A DNA stretch of 64,000 bases, from assembly GCA_030141605.1 (NCBI GenBank), contig JAQGDQ010000128.1, positions 248,001 to 312,000 on the forward strand. Reading direction: 5' to 3'. The number at the start of each line of letters is the position of its first letter. Position 1 is the stretch's first letter. Origin of the DNA: Tubiluchus corallicola (taxonomy: Eukaryota; Animalia; Priapulida). This document shows positions 1 to 15,200 of the stretch, piece by piece. The notes under the pieces were generated by a model. That model saw nothing but the letters and a program-made list of their open reading frames with translations, was not told the origin of the DNA and did not search any database. A program made the translations under genes and the position numbers.

Positions 1-1420
1 CAAATTGGAAGGTCAAACATTTCAACAACAGATTGTCTTCTTGAAAAACCCGCTAACTTGGAAATGGGTCTCATTAGACATCCAGTGACGCACATGTTGA
101 GGCACAAACCAGAACTTATGATCATTCCTCCTTGCCAACCGTAATGTTCTATGATCACTTGGAACAGAGGAGCATAGATCAAACAACCAATTCCAACACC
201 AGCCTGAACCACTGATAGTGCTACTGGTCTCCATCTATTGAAGTAAAAACCAACCGTGCCAATGCTTGGTGTGTATGCAATACCAAATCCAAGTCCTATA
301 ACAGAACAAACCGGAAGGTGTCCGGTCAGTTGTCAATTAAAAATAACATATTGCTTACCAGGGCCTTACGTAAAAATGTTTTGCAAAAGCAAAATTGCCA
401 ATTACCAATACATTATTAACGTTTAACTGCCAATAATTGCTTACATTATTATGAATAATTGATGGCCTTTGTTTAGGTAAAATCAATATTTCGTTTTCAC
501 TTAATTCATGTATTATTGTATCACTTTAATCTACTGACCTGTAACGATACCGTAGGTCAGAATCAATTGCCAGACTTCAGTTGCGAAAACAGAAGCAATA
601 CATCCAGTTGCAGACACAAAACTTCCAAGAATGATTACCTTCTGATAACCAAAAAACCCTGCCAGAAACTTAGCAATTGGACCTTGAAAACGGAAAACGC
701 TTATTTGAGTTATTTAAAAGGTGTAGACAATTTCACAAATGCAACGATTTTTTTCAAATGCTACGATTTCCAGTCATCAGAAAATTCGATATAATTTGAA
801 AAGAATCAATTTCGTTTTATAGCAGAACTTCGGACTTCTGTGATTATTTATGCTTTCAAAACGTTTCAGAAACATAAACAACGTTCCCAATGCACTTACT
901 TCAATATGAAAAAGAGTGTCAGAAATGAAAAAGTAAAGATGATACTCAACTACAATGATTTATTATGACTGAATTTCAAAACCAAAACATGAAAACAGGA
1001 AACGTGAACAGTCCCATCAACAAACGCTTTTGCATTTTACACGCTTGGCTTAAAAATTTAGTTAATTGATGCTTTGTACCATTATAATATAAAAATTAAT
1101 TTGATATCAAAATTATAATCAATTAATAAAATAAAGACCTAAAATAAGGTGAAAATGCAGGCCAGGTTTCAAAAATTACTGAACTCATGTGAAGCCCTGA
1201 AATACCTACCAGAGCTGAACACAAGCAAAGTATTAACTGAACCGATCCATGCCGTCTCAAACATGCTTCGTCTAAAGTGTTGGAGCAGCGATACATAGTA
1301 AATTCCAAAGGAAAACGAAGTTCCTAAAATTATGGCCCAGTTTAGAGTAGCTGCAACCAGCACAACCCAGGCCCATCCTCGATCTGTGGCGTCCTCTGTC
1401 GCTTTTTTCGCTGGCTTCAT
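1..1420 (-). CDS. SLC16/MCT-family monocarboxylate transporter, 5' part (continues beyond left edge of window)
   Basis: Coding exons 1420-1210 (MKPAKKATEDATDRGWAWVVLVAA...ETAWIGSVNTLLVFSS-G; SLC16 D-x-G-W-A-W TM1 motif), 682-539 (GPIAKFLAGFFGYQKVIILGSFVSATGCIASVFATEVWQLILTYGIVT-G) and 295-1 (GLGFGIAYTPSIGTVGFYFNRWRPVALSVVQAGVGIG...EHYGWQGGMII...LMRPI). All junctions are GT-AG, phase 1. Candidate 5'UTR exons at 1941-1841 and ending at 5791. The paralogue cannot be assigned. Confidence 0.93.
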
Positions 1421-2692
1421 CGGCGTAAGCTGCGTAAGTTTAACTGAAATTGAATTGGAAAAAATAAAGTTAAGAAAAGTTAAGTACTGGACGTTTCAGA
1501 TGAAATAATGCAGTAGAAATATGGTGATAACGTGATATGCTGAAACATGCTGATCAAATCACGTTAAGCCGTGTAATGAGAGATGATACTACAATACTGG
1601 GATCATTGGTCATTAACTGTAGGCACAAACTAGACCAACAATACAAGTTACGAAAAGAGCTCAAATTTATCAGGTTGGATGCACTAAAAATGACAATTGT
1701 TTGTATGTTATAACATCATAATTAAGAAACAAATAATTATATTCGCATAACTCCAATTTTCCTACCATAGTTATACAATATACAAGTATAATTATTTTTA
1801 TGCAGTTTCTGCTGCGCTGTTTTTTCAAGAACACCTTTACCTGTAGGAGATGCTAGAGATATTAGATAACACTTTTCAACACCAGACAACACCAGAATTA
1901 TACACTATACAATTCTGGCTACCCTAAACGCATGTACGTATCTGATATAACATATTTTCTTAAAATATTTTAAAAACAGTGCGACTAGGTTTTTGTTATT
2001 CACAGTTTTATCTTTCTATTTTATGGTTTTACGGCGTTTTATCCATCCATACAAACATTGCGCTTTGCTCACATTTTCTCAGACTTTGGTCACTGTTCAT
2101 GCTCTTTGCACGTCAGCATCTTCACAAAACATGCAGAGTGAAGCCACGTGAACTTTTTCAGTTCTAAGAACAAGCATTATGGCACTCCAGACGTCTTCAC
2201 TTTACAAAGCTCATCATGTTTCTGCCGCTGCTGAAGGCAGACTGTTTTGGTACTTTCGGATATATTACGAGTATTTGCACAAGGCTTACACAAGACACTT
2301 TACGACTCACAAGTCCACAACTCACGATGCCTCATACTAGAGGCGAAGGCATAATAACGGCACTATTCTCAAATTATAACAAACAGAAGTGGTTTACCAC
2401 AACATCCTTCCAGAGGATGCACACAGCTTTACCTTCTTGCAAAAAATGAATTTTGCTTTTCACTTAAGCGCACCTGTTGCCTTAGAACAGTGCTGGATGT
2501 TACAAAATCGATAATGTCCAACCACCGCAATAATATCTTCTATATCTTCAGAAAGCAAAAAGGAAAACCAGTCTCAGGTAGCGTAATTACACAGTAAGTA
2601 ATTACAACCAGCGAAGAGAACGATACCTAGCAACACAATTTGCAGAAGCTATCGAGATTCTTTGCCTGGATTCATGCGTATATACAATAACC

Positions 2693-2995
2693 CAGTGGTT
2701 CCCAAAGTAGGGGTAAATTACCCCCCGGGGGTAATATGGTTTTTTTGGGTGGGTAACGGGCACCCCTCTGAAAATTTTTAAAACTTCGCTCGGAATGCAT
2801 TTTACGTAGTTTTCTTCTTGAAGAGACTGCCTACAACAACAACACCTGGAAATTTATTTATGTCACGAGCAAACATTAATAATTTTGCTTGCTTGTGGCA
2901 TATACGTGTGTTTACTTTTTGAGTTGGAGAAGTAGTACTAGGTGGGGGGTAATGGATACGACCGGGTTTCCCGATTTGGGTAACGATCCGAGCAA
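2693..2995. mobile_element. hAT (Charlie-like) non-autonomous element, right end eroded
   Basis: Begins CAGTGGTTCCCAAAGTAGGGG, a typical hAT-Charlie terminus. GGGTAA subterminal motifs repeat near 2710-2760 and 2945-2985. No intact second TIR seen. Confidence 0.55.
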
Positions 2996-4584
2996 TAACC
3001 GATAGGTTTAAGGCTGTATAAAGTTATTTAAAAATCATTGGACTACAAGCCATTAATGTTTAAAAATCAGTGATATGAAAAATTTATGTATGCAACCGTT
3101 TGTGCAGTTAAAACGTAAATTTTGATATCTTATATCTGTATGATGGCTTTCGTTCGCAAGAGCTTAAACACTTCACGTTTGTAGGCTTATAATGTTAACG
3201 AAGTTCATAAACGAGTACATTTTTGTACTGCTACTGCAAAATCGTGATTAATATCAGAAAATCAGACAGAAAGGGTCAGAGAGCATTATTTACGAATAAC
3301 AACACTACGGATGACTGATCAGCAAAGGCGCTTGTCCAGATAAAAATGGCTGGAGTTTCCCAAATTCACATATAATTAAAACCTGTTTGCAAACAGCATA
3401 ATGTACGCATTTTAGGGCGTACTAACTATTACGTGTTATTACGTTACTATCACAACATAATGGGTACAAATTGAACTGAAATATAAATTAATATCACATT
3501 AATGTATTTATTAACTAGTTCACGAGAAATAATAATTATTATATCTTTCTAGTGACTAAATAATAGCAGAATCTTTCGAAGAAAATGAAACATGATCACT
3601 TGATCAGCGCGACGAAATGCTTAGCAAATGCTATATCTACGATGTTTATTACACACAGGATTAGATTCATTAACATTCACATTATTGCCTGCAGCGGCAC
3701 GCCGTCCATTTAATATTGAACCAAGCTGCGGGCATTGCACTCTGATTACTTGCGAACACAGTCTAAAATTTAATTATAAGGGTACTGGGTGTGGCGAATA
3801 GTGCTGGTAACAATGCCATCAAATCTAAGTAGGCTGCAGGATGGTATCGTTCGGTCTAAGGTTTTCATACCTGTTTACGTATCTGCAACTATTTGAGTTA
3901 TGTCATTGAAAGGTCCAAACCCACTTTGTAAATTTTATGCAAAGTCTTTTGTTTCCACATAGTTAAATTTCGTAAACCGTAAGCACGACATGGGTAACTT
4001 CATAAACATACTGTCAATACGCGATAAGAAGATTTTACGACGAGGAAAAATAAAGAAATCAGGCGCACTATTAGTTCTAATTTTCGCCACTCACTGCCAG
4101 ATTATTACATTGTTACGCAGATTTCATTGTGATAGCCTTTATTCCACTGTGCTCAGTTGAGTGCATCACACGTCCACGCGAAATTCTAGGACCTACCACT
4201 TATGTTACCAGTCACTATGCTTTAAATTATAACACAAAATGAAAAAAGCACAGTATTAGTACCACAAGTACTTGTTCACAGCATGCCTAGTCAAGTGTAA
4301 GCTTTCAGGAATGTGGCCATGTCTAAGCAATTATAGGCTATCATTCCGTTTCTGTGTCATGCCGCAAAACCAAGTACGTACAAGACGAGAAACATGCATG
4401 CATCCTGACTTACAAAGCTTGTCAGTTCTTGACTATAAAATCGCTGCGACTGTTGTTTCTCACTGTTATTAAACTTTTCCATTAGTGATCCGGGCTTTGC
4501 CTCACCTGACCTCATTTCGTCATGTCGCTTATTTAGCATCATCTCATTTCATTACACTTGGCAGCAGAGTTACGTACGTACATA

Positions 4585-4925
4585 CTAATCTACCTACTTA
4601 CTTACCCACCATCCACCTACCTACTGATTCATACTTCTTACCTAGTCACCTACTCTCCTCCTACCAGCCTTTCTCTCTGCCTACGCTGTCTGTAATTGTG
4701 CAAAATTTATAAAAATTAATAATTGTATACTTTCTTACTTGCGTACCTGTATAGATCACATCAGAATAGAACAAAGCAGTACAGTACAGAACAGCACAGA
4801 ATGGATTGACATACAACATAATATAATGTAACATAATGAAACGACAGACCAGTGCGCTCATACTGGGTTGGTAGATAGGTAGGTAGATAAACAGTAGGGA
4901 AGTACTAAGTAGATAGATAGTGCTC
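4585..4925. repeat. Degenerate (CTAC)n and inverted (GTAG)n simple repeats
   Basis: CTAC/CCTA-rich tract at about 4590-4690 and complementary GTAG/ATAG-rich tract at about 4868-4920, with an ACAGT/ACAGA pentamer run between them. Confidence 0.55.
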
Positions 4926-5002
4926 CTTTGAACATTTTCTGTACAACTTGAACTGTTTAAAGGAAAGGACAATACTAGCAACATGTTGGGTTTAGTTTAT
5001 CG

Positions 5003-5108
5003 CACTGCACAAATGTCGCTGCCCAGTGTACACCGCCCACATTTCACTGCCCGAGTATCTTACTGTCCAAATGTCGACTGCCCAACTATCCAATACCCAA
5101 TGTCCACT
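5003..5108. repeat. Degenerate ~13-14 bp tandem repeat (ACTGCCCAAATGTC-like)
   Basis: About 7 imperfect units (actgcacaaatgtc, gctgcccagtgtac, accgcccacatttc, actgcccgagtatc, actgtccaaatgtc, actgcccaactatc, atacccaatgtcc), resembling a DNA-transposon subterminal array. Confidence 0.6.
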
Positions 5109-6617
5109 ATTAAATGGCCTAGAAACTTTAGAATTTCCCGTACATGTATTTAGTGCATTAAAAACGACTATTCATAAAATTCTTCCGTACTTTTTGCATA
5201 ATTTTGCACCTATATAGCAGTTAAGTAGTTGCGAACTTACGCAGATTACGCAGTTTATTTTACGCAGATTTATAAAACCGAAGCATAATTACAGCTATTT
5301 AACTGCCTCCGTTTGAAAGTGCAAATGCAAATTCTGCTGGTACGTCGATTTATGATAAACATTTTGAGTACTATAGCAGTTATCAAAGTTATATCTTTTC
5401 CTGAAAAGTTTCCTATATACGATGCAGAGTAATGTGTGTTTTCGTAGGCGTAATATAGGAAGTATACGTTAAGTATTTGAATGATATCCTAGATACCATT
5501 TGATATTAAATTCTTTTACTGTAGTTTATTCTAATTATTATACCACACGTCTATTCTGAGTCACAAATTAAAAAATAAAAGCACTTTGAATATATTTATT
5601 CTAATTCATTCTTTTGTTACTACCTTTAATTTTTAATTAAATACTATTTAAACATTAATTTTTGTAGATCAAGAACGACACAAATGCAAACAAAATCTAT
5701 CAATTGAAATATTATATTCTTATTTGATTACTTCACTTTTATCACATTAAATTAAGGAAAACTGAAAGTACGTCGCTACTTTTAACTTACCCTGTACGTT
5801 CTGTAAAGTTTCGGAAGTTACATTACTAAATCCAAATCTAAATCAATTACTGAAAGAGCTTAGCTAATATATATTGTGCATTGACGGCTACAAAGCATAA
5901 ACAATTGCCTGATGAGTAAAACTGACTTGATTAACTTTCAAAATAACTTTCAATATAGTTAATAAAAATCAGTAATTCAGTCGCATAGGACCAGTAGCAC
6001 CTGACTTGGCCAGTTTTCCCAATACACTGTTGCTTCTCTTTCAATTTGCCGTCAACTCTGGTACGCGGCTCGATGATTTTGTGTTTGTAAATATATTATA
6101 CGACATTTTTAAAGCAAATACAACAACAATCACAGTTCCACAAAAGACATCTTTACATATAGGCAAAGCAACTAAGAGAAAAACTCTACAGCCCAATCAT
6201 GTATTTCGCTTCACTCAATAAAATTCGTGGCAAGATGTTGTGAGCTACATTTACATGCGCCATTTGTTTATTAGTTTTACTTTAAACGAGGTTTTTGCTT
6301 GGAACAACACAACCCAATCTATAAAGCCCCTTCATATGAATGCCTACAGGGTTAACGAATCTTGTAGTCGATGTACGTAGCATCCGCATTGGCCAATTCT
6401 ACATTGATTTAACAAACGGTAGAATATCAACGCCTAGAGGTTTCTCGTGAAACATAAAACCAGTTAAATTACAATCTATTACGGGTGATAAAATCATATT
6501 ATAGGCATAGCGATTGTAGAATTTTCGGCAAAATATTATTTTAGCACCACGGTTGGGCTGGATGACTGAAGGTGGGTGACCTGGTTAACCTTTTTCAATC
6601 CAGTAATCCAGCGAGCC

Positions 6618-6858
6618 TTTTTACCCACGCCTATCGTTTAGTGGTGTAGTCGCGTCTGCCAGCGCAATAAAATCATAACGGATGCAACTATTATCACCAA
6701 CTTTGGCGCAAAGATAGCTCTGGTTAGGAATTGGAAACCCATTGATTTTTGCTTTAAAATGTTAAAGGTCAACATAAAAAAATGTCAAAATAAAATGTTT
6801 TTCCATAGTGATTTCATGTGAGGGCGTTGGCGCGCATCTCTGCTTGTATCCTCTAGTT
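6618..6858 (+). mobile_element. Helentron/DINE-like non-autonomous element (HINE)
   Basis: 5' TTTTTACCCACGCC. The 3' sub-TIR GGCGTTGG is a near inverse of CCCACGCC and is followed by a short GC-rich hairpin remnant and ...CTCTAGTT. Internal AAAGGTCAA motif is typical of these families. Confidence 0.55.
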
Positions 6859-9229
6859 AGAACAAAAATTAAGAACATTTTTCAGTCGACCTAAGGTGTT
6901 AAACTTACAATTACTGAATTTTCTTGCGATTGATAAAATCTCATTATGTATGCATACTATATCAGACAGAAACATCGTTCTTCTGTTTAATTTACACGAT
7001 TATGAAGCTAAATAAAAGATAAATCACAAAAGTAAGACTACGCCTCATAAAAACAAATGATTAACAGCACATTTATGCCAATTGTAAATCCACAAGTGCG
7101 CCGGGTTATTTGTTACAGTATCAAATTAATTGAAAACCCATACAAGTGTAAACAGTGTGTACACATGTACAAGCTTTTTTGACATTTCATGGCAATGTGA
7201 TGATAAAAGTCAATTGAAAACGGGAAGTATTTAGCGGCTAGACCTATTATAGCTGCATGATTTATGAGGCATGTGTACTATTGTAGTGCCATTATTTTAG
7301 TGTCAGGCACAGTTTATTTTTCTACAATTTTATTATCACTTCTTTTGTAGCTACATTGCTCCCAAACTGTGCTTTAGCAAACATTATTATACTTGTACCA
7401 ATAATTAACTACCTTATACACGTAGTTTGCCGTCAGCATTTTTCTAGCAGTGTCAGATTATCAGAGAATCTATTGCACAAACAACTATTTCTACAGGGAA
7501 TCTCTATACACACACAATAGGGCTTACAAAGGAATAGCACTTATAATCAACATTAGCGCCTGTATATGGTTATTATTAGCTACATAGTACAGATCCATAG
7601 TTAAAGCTATGAACACGTTTCCAACAGCAACCAGGGCTCATGCAAATGACCATAGAAAGCAAAAAATCGTTAAGCTAAAACCTGTAAGATTCCGTGTAAG
7701 TGTAAACAGACAGACAGTAAGTCTGTGTGAGAGGAAAATTACATTGTACAAAAAAAACTAGCACACCCAGAGAAGCTAAAAACCATCAAGCGCAACGGAC
7801 TTGAAATGTCTGACAGCAATCTAGGTCATCCATATTTACAAAAAAAGATAAATAAACAATTACTGTACTAGCAAAAGTTCATAAAAAACAAAGTTTTCCA
7901 GGAAAAGTTTATTATTCAGTTTATTATGAATTTTTACACTATTTTATTAATACAACATAGTTCATTCCTAGACACACACACACTGTATAATTAGCTAGAG
8001 TTACACACTGTCTTTATGATTTACATGTAAAAATAGCTAAACTAATGAATTTTGAAAATGATGCATCAATACTTTATTCTCCATAATACAGGATTATAAA
8101 AATATTGATTAGGAATAACCCATTTACCTATAACGTAATTACCACAGTAATAGATATCTGTGCATAATGCTTACCACAGCTAATGATATGTGTGCGTATT
8201 TTATATACTGCGTAACGACTACAATAATTTTCCGGCACATCGAGATTCAGTTATTATTCCCACAAACATGTTTTATAAAAAGATATTTCACACACTGGAA
8301 TCCATTAACACTTTGCTGATCTTCATTTGCAAAATGATCACAAAATCTTTAATAATAATAATATTATTACAATAACTGACAAGATCAAAAATGACTGGGG
8401 TATAATAAGCGACACTGTACCCTCATTGATACAAGTCAAACTGTTGTATAATAAAAATAAAATATCTTACTATTAATAATAACATGTAAAAAACTACTTA
8501 AATTTCATTATATATATATATATAACAATATGCGAATACGCCTGTGCATAGTTGGAGAGCCTCCTTGTTTTTCAGTTGTAGGATAGTTAATTCAACGGCA
8601 TGGTAACATGGCAACTTGGGTTACAAACAAGTCACTTTTCAAAATTTGTTCACTTTGGTGCACCAAGGGTTTCTGTAGGCCTTGCTAGCTACATTATTAT
8701 TGCTCTACTTTCAAACAATTTCAATTGCTACTGATACATGTATCAGCCTATGATTCAACACTTTTGCAAGCTATCCTAGCTATTGTAATTTTTGGTTTGT
8801 TTTATATACTAAAGGTATTATATTAAAGTCTGGTATTAAAGTTTTGCACAGTACTCAGTTATTCAGGTAATTATTTAGCATTGCGAATTCTTGTACATGT
8901 TCTTTTTTGAATATAGGAAACAGATTAATTTGGAACTGAATCAAAAATAAAACTACCTAAATTTAATTATGATAGGTACCACCCACTAACAACACTAACA
9001 ATTTCCACTTTTAGACTGATTCTTTACGATTTTAAATCACAGGCATATCCATAATAGATAGAAGTGCACTCTACTGATAATGAAATTCACAAACTTTGCT
9101 TTTAAACATTTTGATTTTTTGTGTTTTGAAAAAAGTTTGGGCTTCTAATAAAATTTGCTAAATTGCAAAAAGCCAGTAACTGTTGTTTTGTAAAATACCC
9201 ACTTTACTGCCACCATAGTTAGAACACTG

Positions 9230-12200
9230 TCATAAGCTATAAACATTATTGTGAAAATATTTTGGCTCACTGAGAGGATACAACATTAAGCACCAGCATA
9301 GTAACCCCACAGCAAAAGCGGCAGCAAGGAAACTCTTGATGGGTTGTCGGTAAGCCAGAGCTTCTCCAAAATCCGGAAAGCCCATGTGGTTACAGAAAGA
9401 ATGGGCAATAAATGGAGCCATCAAGTGACCTGTAAACAAAAGAAACTAATGTAATTTCCAATATTCTGGAAAGTAATAATATTGTTGTTGCTGTTCTTTT
9501 TTTCAGCCAGCATTCTGTCATATTGCATTACAAAATACAACATGCATATTGGTACATATGTAATTTGTCAAAAAAAAACACATTCAGAAAAGTACAGCAG
9601 TCAAAGTGTATTTAACTCTATCACTACCAGAATCCAAATGTGGCAATGACAACTTTATCCTTTTGAAGCAATATTAACATAACTGTTCCATTCTAGTACA
9701 ATGGGATATCAGTAGAAAATGCTAGTTTTGAGTTATTGGACAAAAATTATCAAACTTTTGGTAAAAATTCTATCTTCTATTTGCATGTATAAAGTTACAA
9801 CACATTATTAAATCATTGCAAATTATGGCTAATGGAGTTAGAAAATTCTATGATGTTACTTCTGTACACTCATACATAATTATTAGTGTCAAATCCAAAA
9901 TAATCGTTAAAACTACAATCTTACAAAATAGTGAACATATGTTGATTCCCTTGCTCATACCCATTTTTACAGAATTAGTATCTTACTTATAGTTACTATA
10001 AATCATATTTTTTGTAAATGCAAGCAAATAGTAAGAATGTTGTTAGCTATTATTATTTTTTGTTGTAATCCAAAAATTAAATTTAATATACAAATTTTAA
10101 AACTTACCTGTTCTCAGAAACAAAAAAGCAGAATAAGCACCAAAAACTGTTGTATAACAGAACTGGAAAGCTGAAAAACAAACATGAAAGTTAAAACCAA
10201 AAATAAAGTAAATACTATTGAAACTTATTTTTCCATGTGTCAACAACAATAACACAATGTAACTGTTTATTAAAGACTAAAGGGAGACAAGCCTAGCAAG
10301 TCAAATTATTCATATATGGAATTGCTATAACATTAGAGCGCACTTCTGCCATCTCACAAAGGACCCAGTCATACTAATAATAATCAAAAAGAAAAGCAAT
10401 GTTCAAACCTCTTGAGAGCCCAGTTAGTATATTGCGCCCTGGTCAGAAAGTGCTTATAGAGCTCATAGAATCTGTGCAACATCACTTTAACAGAACACTA
10501 TTATACATCTATATGCAGAAATATCCTTAATTTTAACTATACTAATCACCTTTGAACACTGAACTCAGAACCACTCGAAAAAATATGCGAATAGTAATAG
10601 ATTTAAAAATAGAACACAAAAGGTGTCATAGTTTGATCAGTTTTGAATTTGTGAATTTTTTTGCTCATTTGCGCCACTTCTGGGATTAAGAGGTCATGAA
10701 TATAAGCTTTATAACGACTATACAATAGAGTAGTACCTATATGGAATACCTTACTAGCAGACATTACAAAACTTATTAGCTGTTTTCGTAAGTGACATTC
10801 TGTATAATAATTTGTCCATGTCTTACAATTTTGTCTTTTTACAAGATGGTAAAATCAGGTATATCTATGTGTCACACCCATAAGTGTTTCATTTAGTCTT
10901 AGTGGGGTTTTCCTTTTTGGCTATATCGAATGATTGTGGTACAATTATATGAATAATTGCTGCAAATTATATATATTATATATATATATATTTATATATA
11001 TATAACTCACAGCCTGGGGCAACAACTCACTAACTATGTATATATACATATACATATGTATATACATACATATAATGAATAAAATACAGTTTCTCCAGTC
11101 AGTACTATAAAGACATCAATAAATAAATTACAAAGAACTTATTCGAAGCAACCTCACGCATATACCATTATAGTAAAACAAGTCACATTCATCAACTAAC
11201 TTAAATAATCAGTATCTAAACAAGATATACTTAAAGAGTGCATTATTCGTGCTTCATTAGTACAGGTTATCATACCTGTTGATGAAATAGCATTCTTCCA
11301 CGGTACCCCTAACACATAATGCTTCTCCCAAGTATGATGAAAATGAGCTAAATATTAAAAGAAAGGTAACGCTTATTAATGAATCAGCGAAAAATAGTCT
11401 GCCAATTAGTTACCTGTTTAGACATTACCTTGCAGGCAATAAAGTTCAAAATCAGGTAACATATAACATAAAATAAACTTGACAACAATCCGTGCAAAAA
11501 TATGGTGAGAGAAAAGTTACTCGTTGTGCTACTGATAGTCATATACTGATAGTCATAATATATGTACTCAAATAACATGCACTGTAAAGATTACAAGTTA
11601 TTTAATATTATTCTGGATAGATATTAGTCAATAGTAAATACAATCTGCAACTTACCAATGCCAAAGAAAAGTGGAGCAACAAAGACAGCTGGACCACTTC
11701 CTATTGAATTTACTAATAATGGTAACATGCACGCACGAAAAATAAATTCCTCAGAAAATGGAGCCTGAAAAAAAGATAATTGTGGAAAATAATTTTTTAC
11801 TAAAACATTACATTCATAAAATAGAGTAAGTCAAATGGCCAAGCAATTGTCATTCAGCCTAAACAGCCCAGCTAGAATCTGTGGTAAAGGTAAACATAAA
11901 AGGCAAAAAATGAAGAAACCGGCAGACTGTAGCAAAAAAGAAAGTGCACTTAAAAAAGTGAAAAACCAATTAAGATAACATAATTGTAAAATAAAAATAA
12001 CAAAAAGAATTAGTAACGTTCTAATGTAAATATTATGATGTGCTGATTAGTTTAGATATTAATAAACCAAATGGCTTTAATAATATTAGCAACATCATTC
12101 TCCATAACACAGCTTGTTTTTAACTGCAACGTTATGTAAGTTATTCAACAAACCTTTACAGTATTCCCGCAAATACGGAAGAAAGCAAATGTAAAAATGG

Positions 12201-15200
12201 TAAGTTGAAAACTAACTACTGACCCATTTCTTTAGTTCCCTACTTGTCTGATGTATTAGAAAGAGTAATTTATAAGTACTTGTACAACTTTTATTTATCG
12301 ATAATAATCTGATAGCAAGTAGAAACTCAGGATTTCAACTTAATTCTGGCACAGTCTACCAGTTATTATTTATTACTCACAGACTCTGCAGAGCCCTGGA
12401 AAATGATTGTAAAAGCATTTTTTTCTGGATATATCCAAAGCCGAGCGATAGCATAAAAGTCTGCTATATGAAAATGATATCAAAGGTAACTGAAAAGGTA
12501 ATATGAAACCTATATAACTGAAAAAAGCTCAACCATGTATCGGCTTTATTAAAAAAATATCTCATGCAGTACAACGTAATGTTCTTGAGTATCTTGATAA
12601 ACCAATGATCAGGCAAATTTTAAAATATACTAACCCAGTATGATATAATATTCTTTCCTTTTTTCAGTTATGTTAGAGAAAACTCAGAATCATGCAGCTT
12701 ATTATGTAAAAGACTTTATTTCATAAGCAGGTATGTATCCGTCTTATTTACATGATGTCCTACCTTTGGTTCACATATATTATCTTCGAAATTGTGATGA
12801 TAACTTTGCATTGTTTCAAAAGGACAGTGAAAATTTGTATAAATCATTTTTTCCTACCACCGTAAAACTGGAATGCTCTTTCAATTTTCACACAAGTTCC
12901 CTCCATTGGTCGCGTTTTAAAAAAATACTGGAATTTTATCAACAGAGCCAAATATTACTTATATAATTCAGCCATGTTCGTCATACATGAGTAAAGGTGG
13001 GTTTCTCTTAGTTAAATGAGCATATAAACAACTACAGTTGTAGGAACTTGATGGGAAATGTTGTTCTTAAAAATTGTATCTGGGGTCTTCAAATTGAAAA
13101 TATAAAAAAATTGCCCGATTGCCCTTTCACTCGCATATTGTTTGCATAGAGGAACACGATTAACAACTAACAGACCTACATCGAACAAACACATTACCTT
13201 CTAATATAATTAACCTTGACCCACAATTAAAAATGTGAATTTTCCTTTCTCATAGTTCTTTACTAAGTTATGAGCAGAACATCATCGTATTTGACTTGAT
13301 ATATCGGCTCATCTAACTGATTTAGTTATTTTAATAAACACTTGAAATAGTTTTGTATATTTTAGCCACGACTTGCTTTTTACTGCCAAACTGCAGTCCT
13401 GTAAATCTTACAGCCTGGGGCAACCAAAAGCAATTATTTGAAATAATATGTTTAAAAAAACTAGTAAGGTAAGGAAAGAAGAAAGAAAACTTACAACAAC
13501 ATGATTACGCAACCATGTCACATTTCGTAAATTTGCTCTCCAATATCTGCTATCTGAAATAAGACACGTCATAAAAAAACTGCAATCAAGCAAACCTCTC
13601 TAATATGAAATTCATGCAAGTCACCTAGAGATAGAAACCCAAAACTTCTGTCAAATTAGCTATTGACAACATCGCACAAAAATAAACATACCATATGGAA
13701 AATTCTAAAATGAACTATTATAACTTTTCTACTCCAGTCTAAGAATTAAAATTCAAGGAGCACGTTTTTAAACTTAATCATTTCTCAGAAATTCTGAGAT
13801 TTGAAGGGTTTCATATGGCAAAAAGCTATCCAACACAATTTCCGGACACAAATTTCCAGGTAGTTGCAACAACACTAATGTAAACCAAGTCAAGAAAACG
13901 TACCTAAATACAACAGCACGACTCCATCTAAAAAATGAAGCAAGAGTGACCCAGCAAAAAGTACCTGTTAACAAATTAATAAATGTTAAATTATCATCGA
14001 AATAATTGAAAGATTGAAAATATGAGAGTGTTTTTTATATAGTTCATCTCATTGCAATCTGTAATCAAGCATCCAAGAAAAGGGGTGACTTAGTATCGAT
14101 TATAAAAATGAATATAAGAGGGGCTAAGTAACTCATTACCAAGGCTAACCCTCTAAAATGAGCCACTTAAAACGGTAAATAGCTAGAGTCAGTATGACGG
14201 ATGAAAATTCCCAGAATGAGTATTGAACCCGGAAATAACGAACCATTCACTGATCAACCGCAGAATTAAATAACTTTGATCACGAAGCACATTTTATGGA
14301 CCCCAGTTATTCAATGTGCTATACCCTTAGCCGTTGGATGGAGGTTATAGTTCACTATACCACTGTCTATGCCCATACCCCAAGTAGCTACCCTGCCCTT
14401 TGATAAGCCTTGCTCTCTGCATTTGCATGTTAACATGAATTAAAAGATGCTTAACAAAAAAACAACAGCAGCAGCAATTAACAACAAATCAGCAAAAGGT
14501 TTGTCTTAGATCCAGCATGGTTGCAGTTAAAAATAAATTTATGCCAGGGGTACACAAACCAAATTACAGTTACAAACTTAAAGCTTAGCAAAAAAAGCAA
14601 AAATATCTGCACTAACAAATTTACAAATTGCCGATAAAATCATCTACCTGCATTAAGTGATGTTGTAGTATCTGAATCTGACTTGGGACAACTTACTTTG
14701 ATATGGTCCTTAAAGGAGCAGAAAAGGGAATTTTAAAGAATGCCAACAAAGTTATGTTATTGCATTATGGAACTGTAAAGGAAAATTCTTAGTAATTTAA
14801 AATGTTCACACCAATGGCACTGGCTCACCAAAAAACATGTTAACCTTACTGACAAGACAAACTAATTTATGTTTTTGCTTAGCTAGTGAAGTGTGTGCCA
14901 CAAATGCTCTGATAATTTTTTCGGATTTTATTTCATGTTATTTAAACTTGCTTAAACTTTTTATTCAAAGACTGACCTTTAAAATGGCTGCACCTGTCAG
15001 TGCAGGAGTTTAAATGTACAAGTGGCGTTTATGTGTTTCTAAGTAGTTTGTTGTAGGTTTGTTGCATTAGTATAGTCAGCAAGGGTTTCCATTCTGTTCA
15101 TTTTTCATAGAGTTTTCATTGCAGTGACTGTGTAGATTGTGGTCTTAATGTGCTTAAATTACTATATGATTTTGTTTCTCTAAGTGCTCTACTTCTCTAA

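Noticed and set aside
516-794. 92-aa plus-strand ORF
   Set aside because: Antisense shadow of MCT exon 682-539.
5908-5945. CTGATGAG hammerhead-like core
   Set aside because: No stem II and no downstream GAAA in register.
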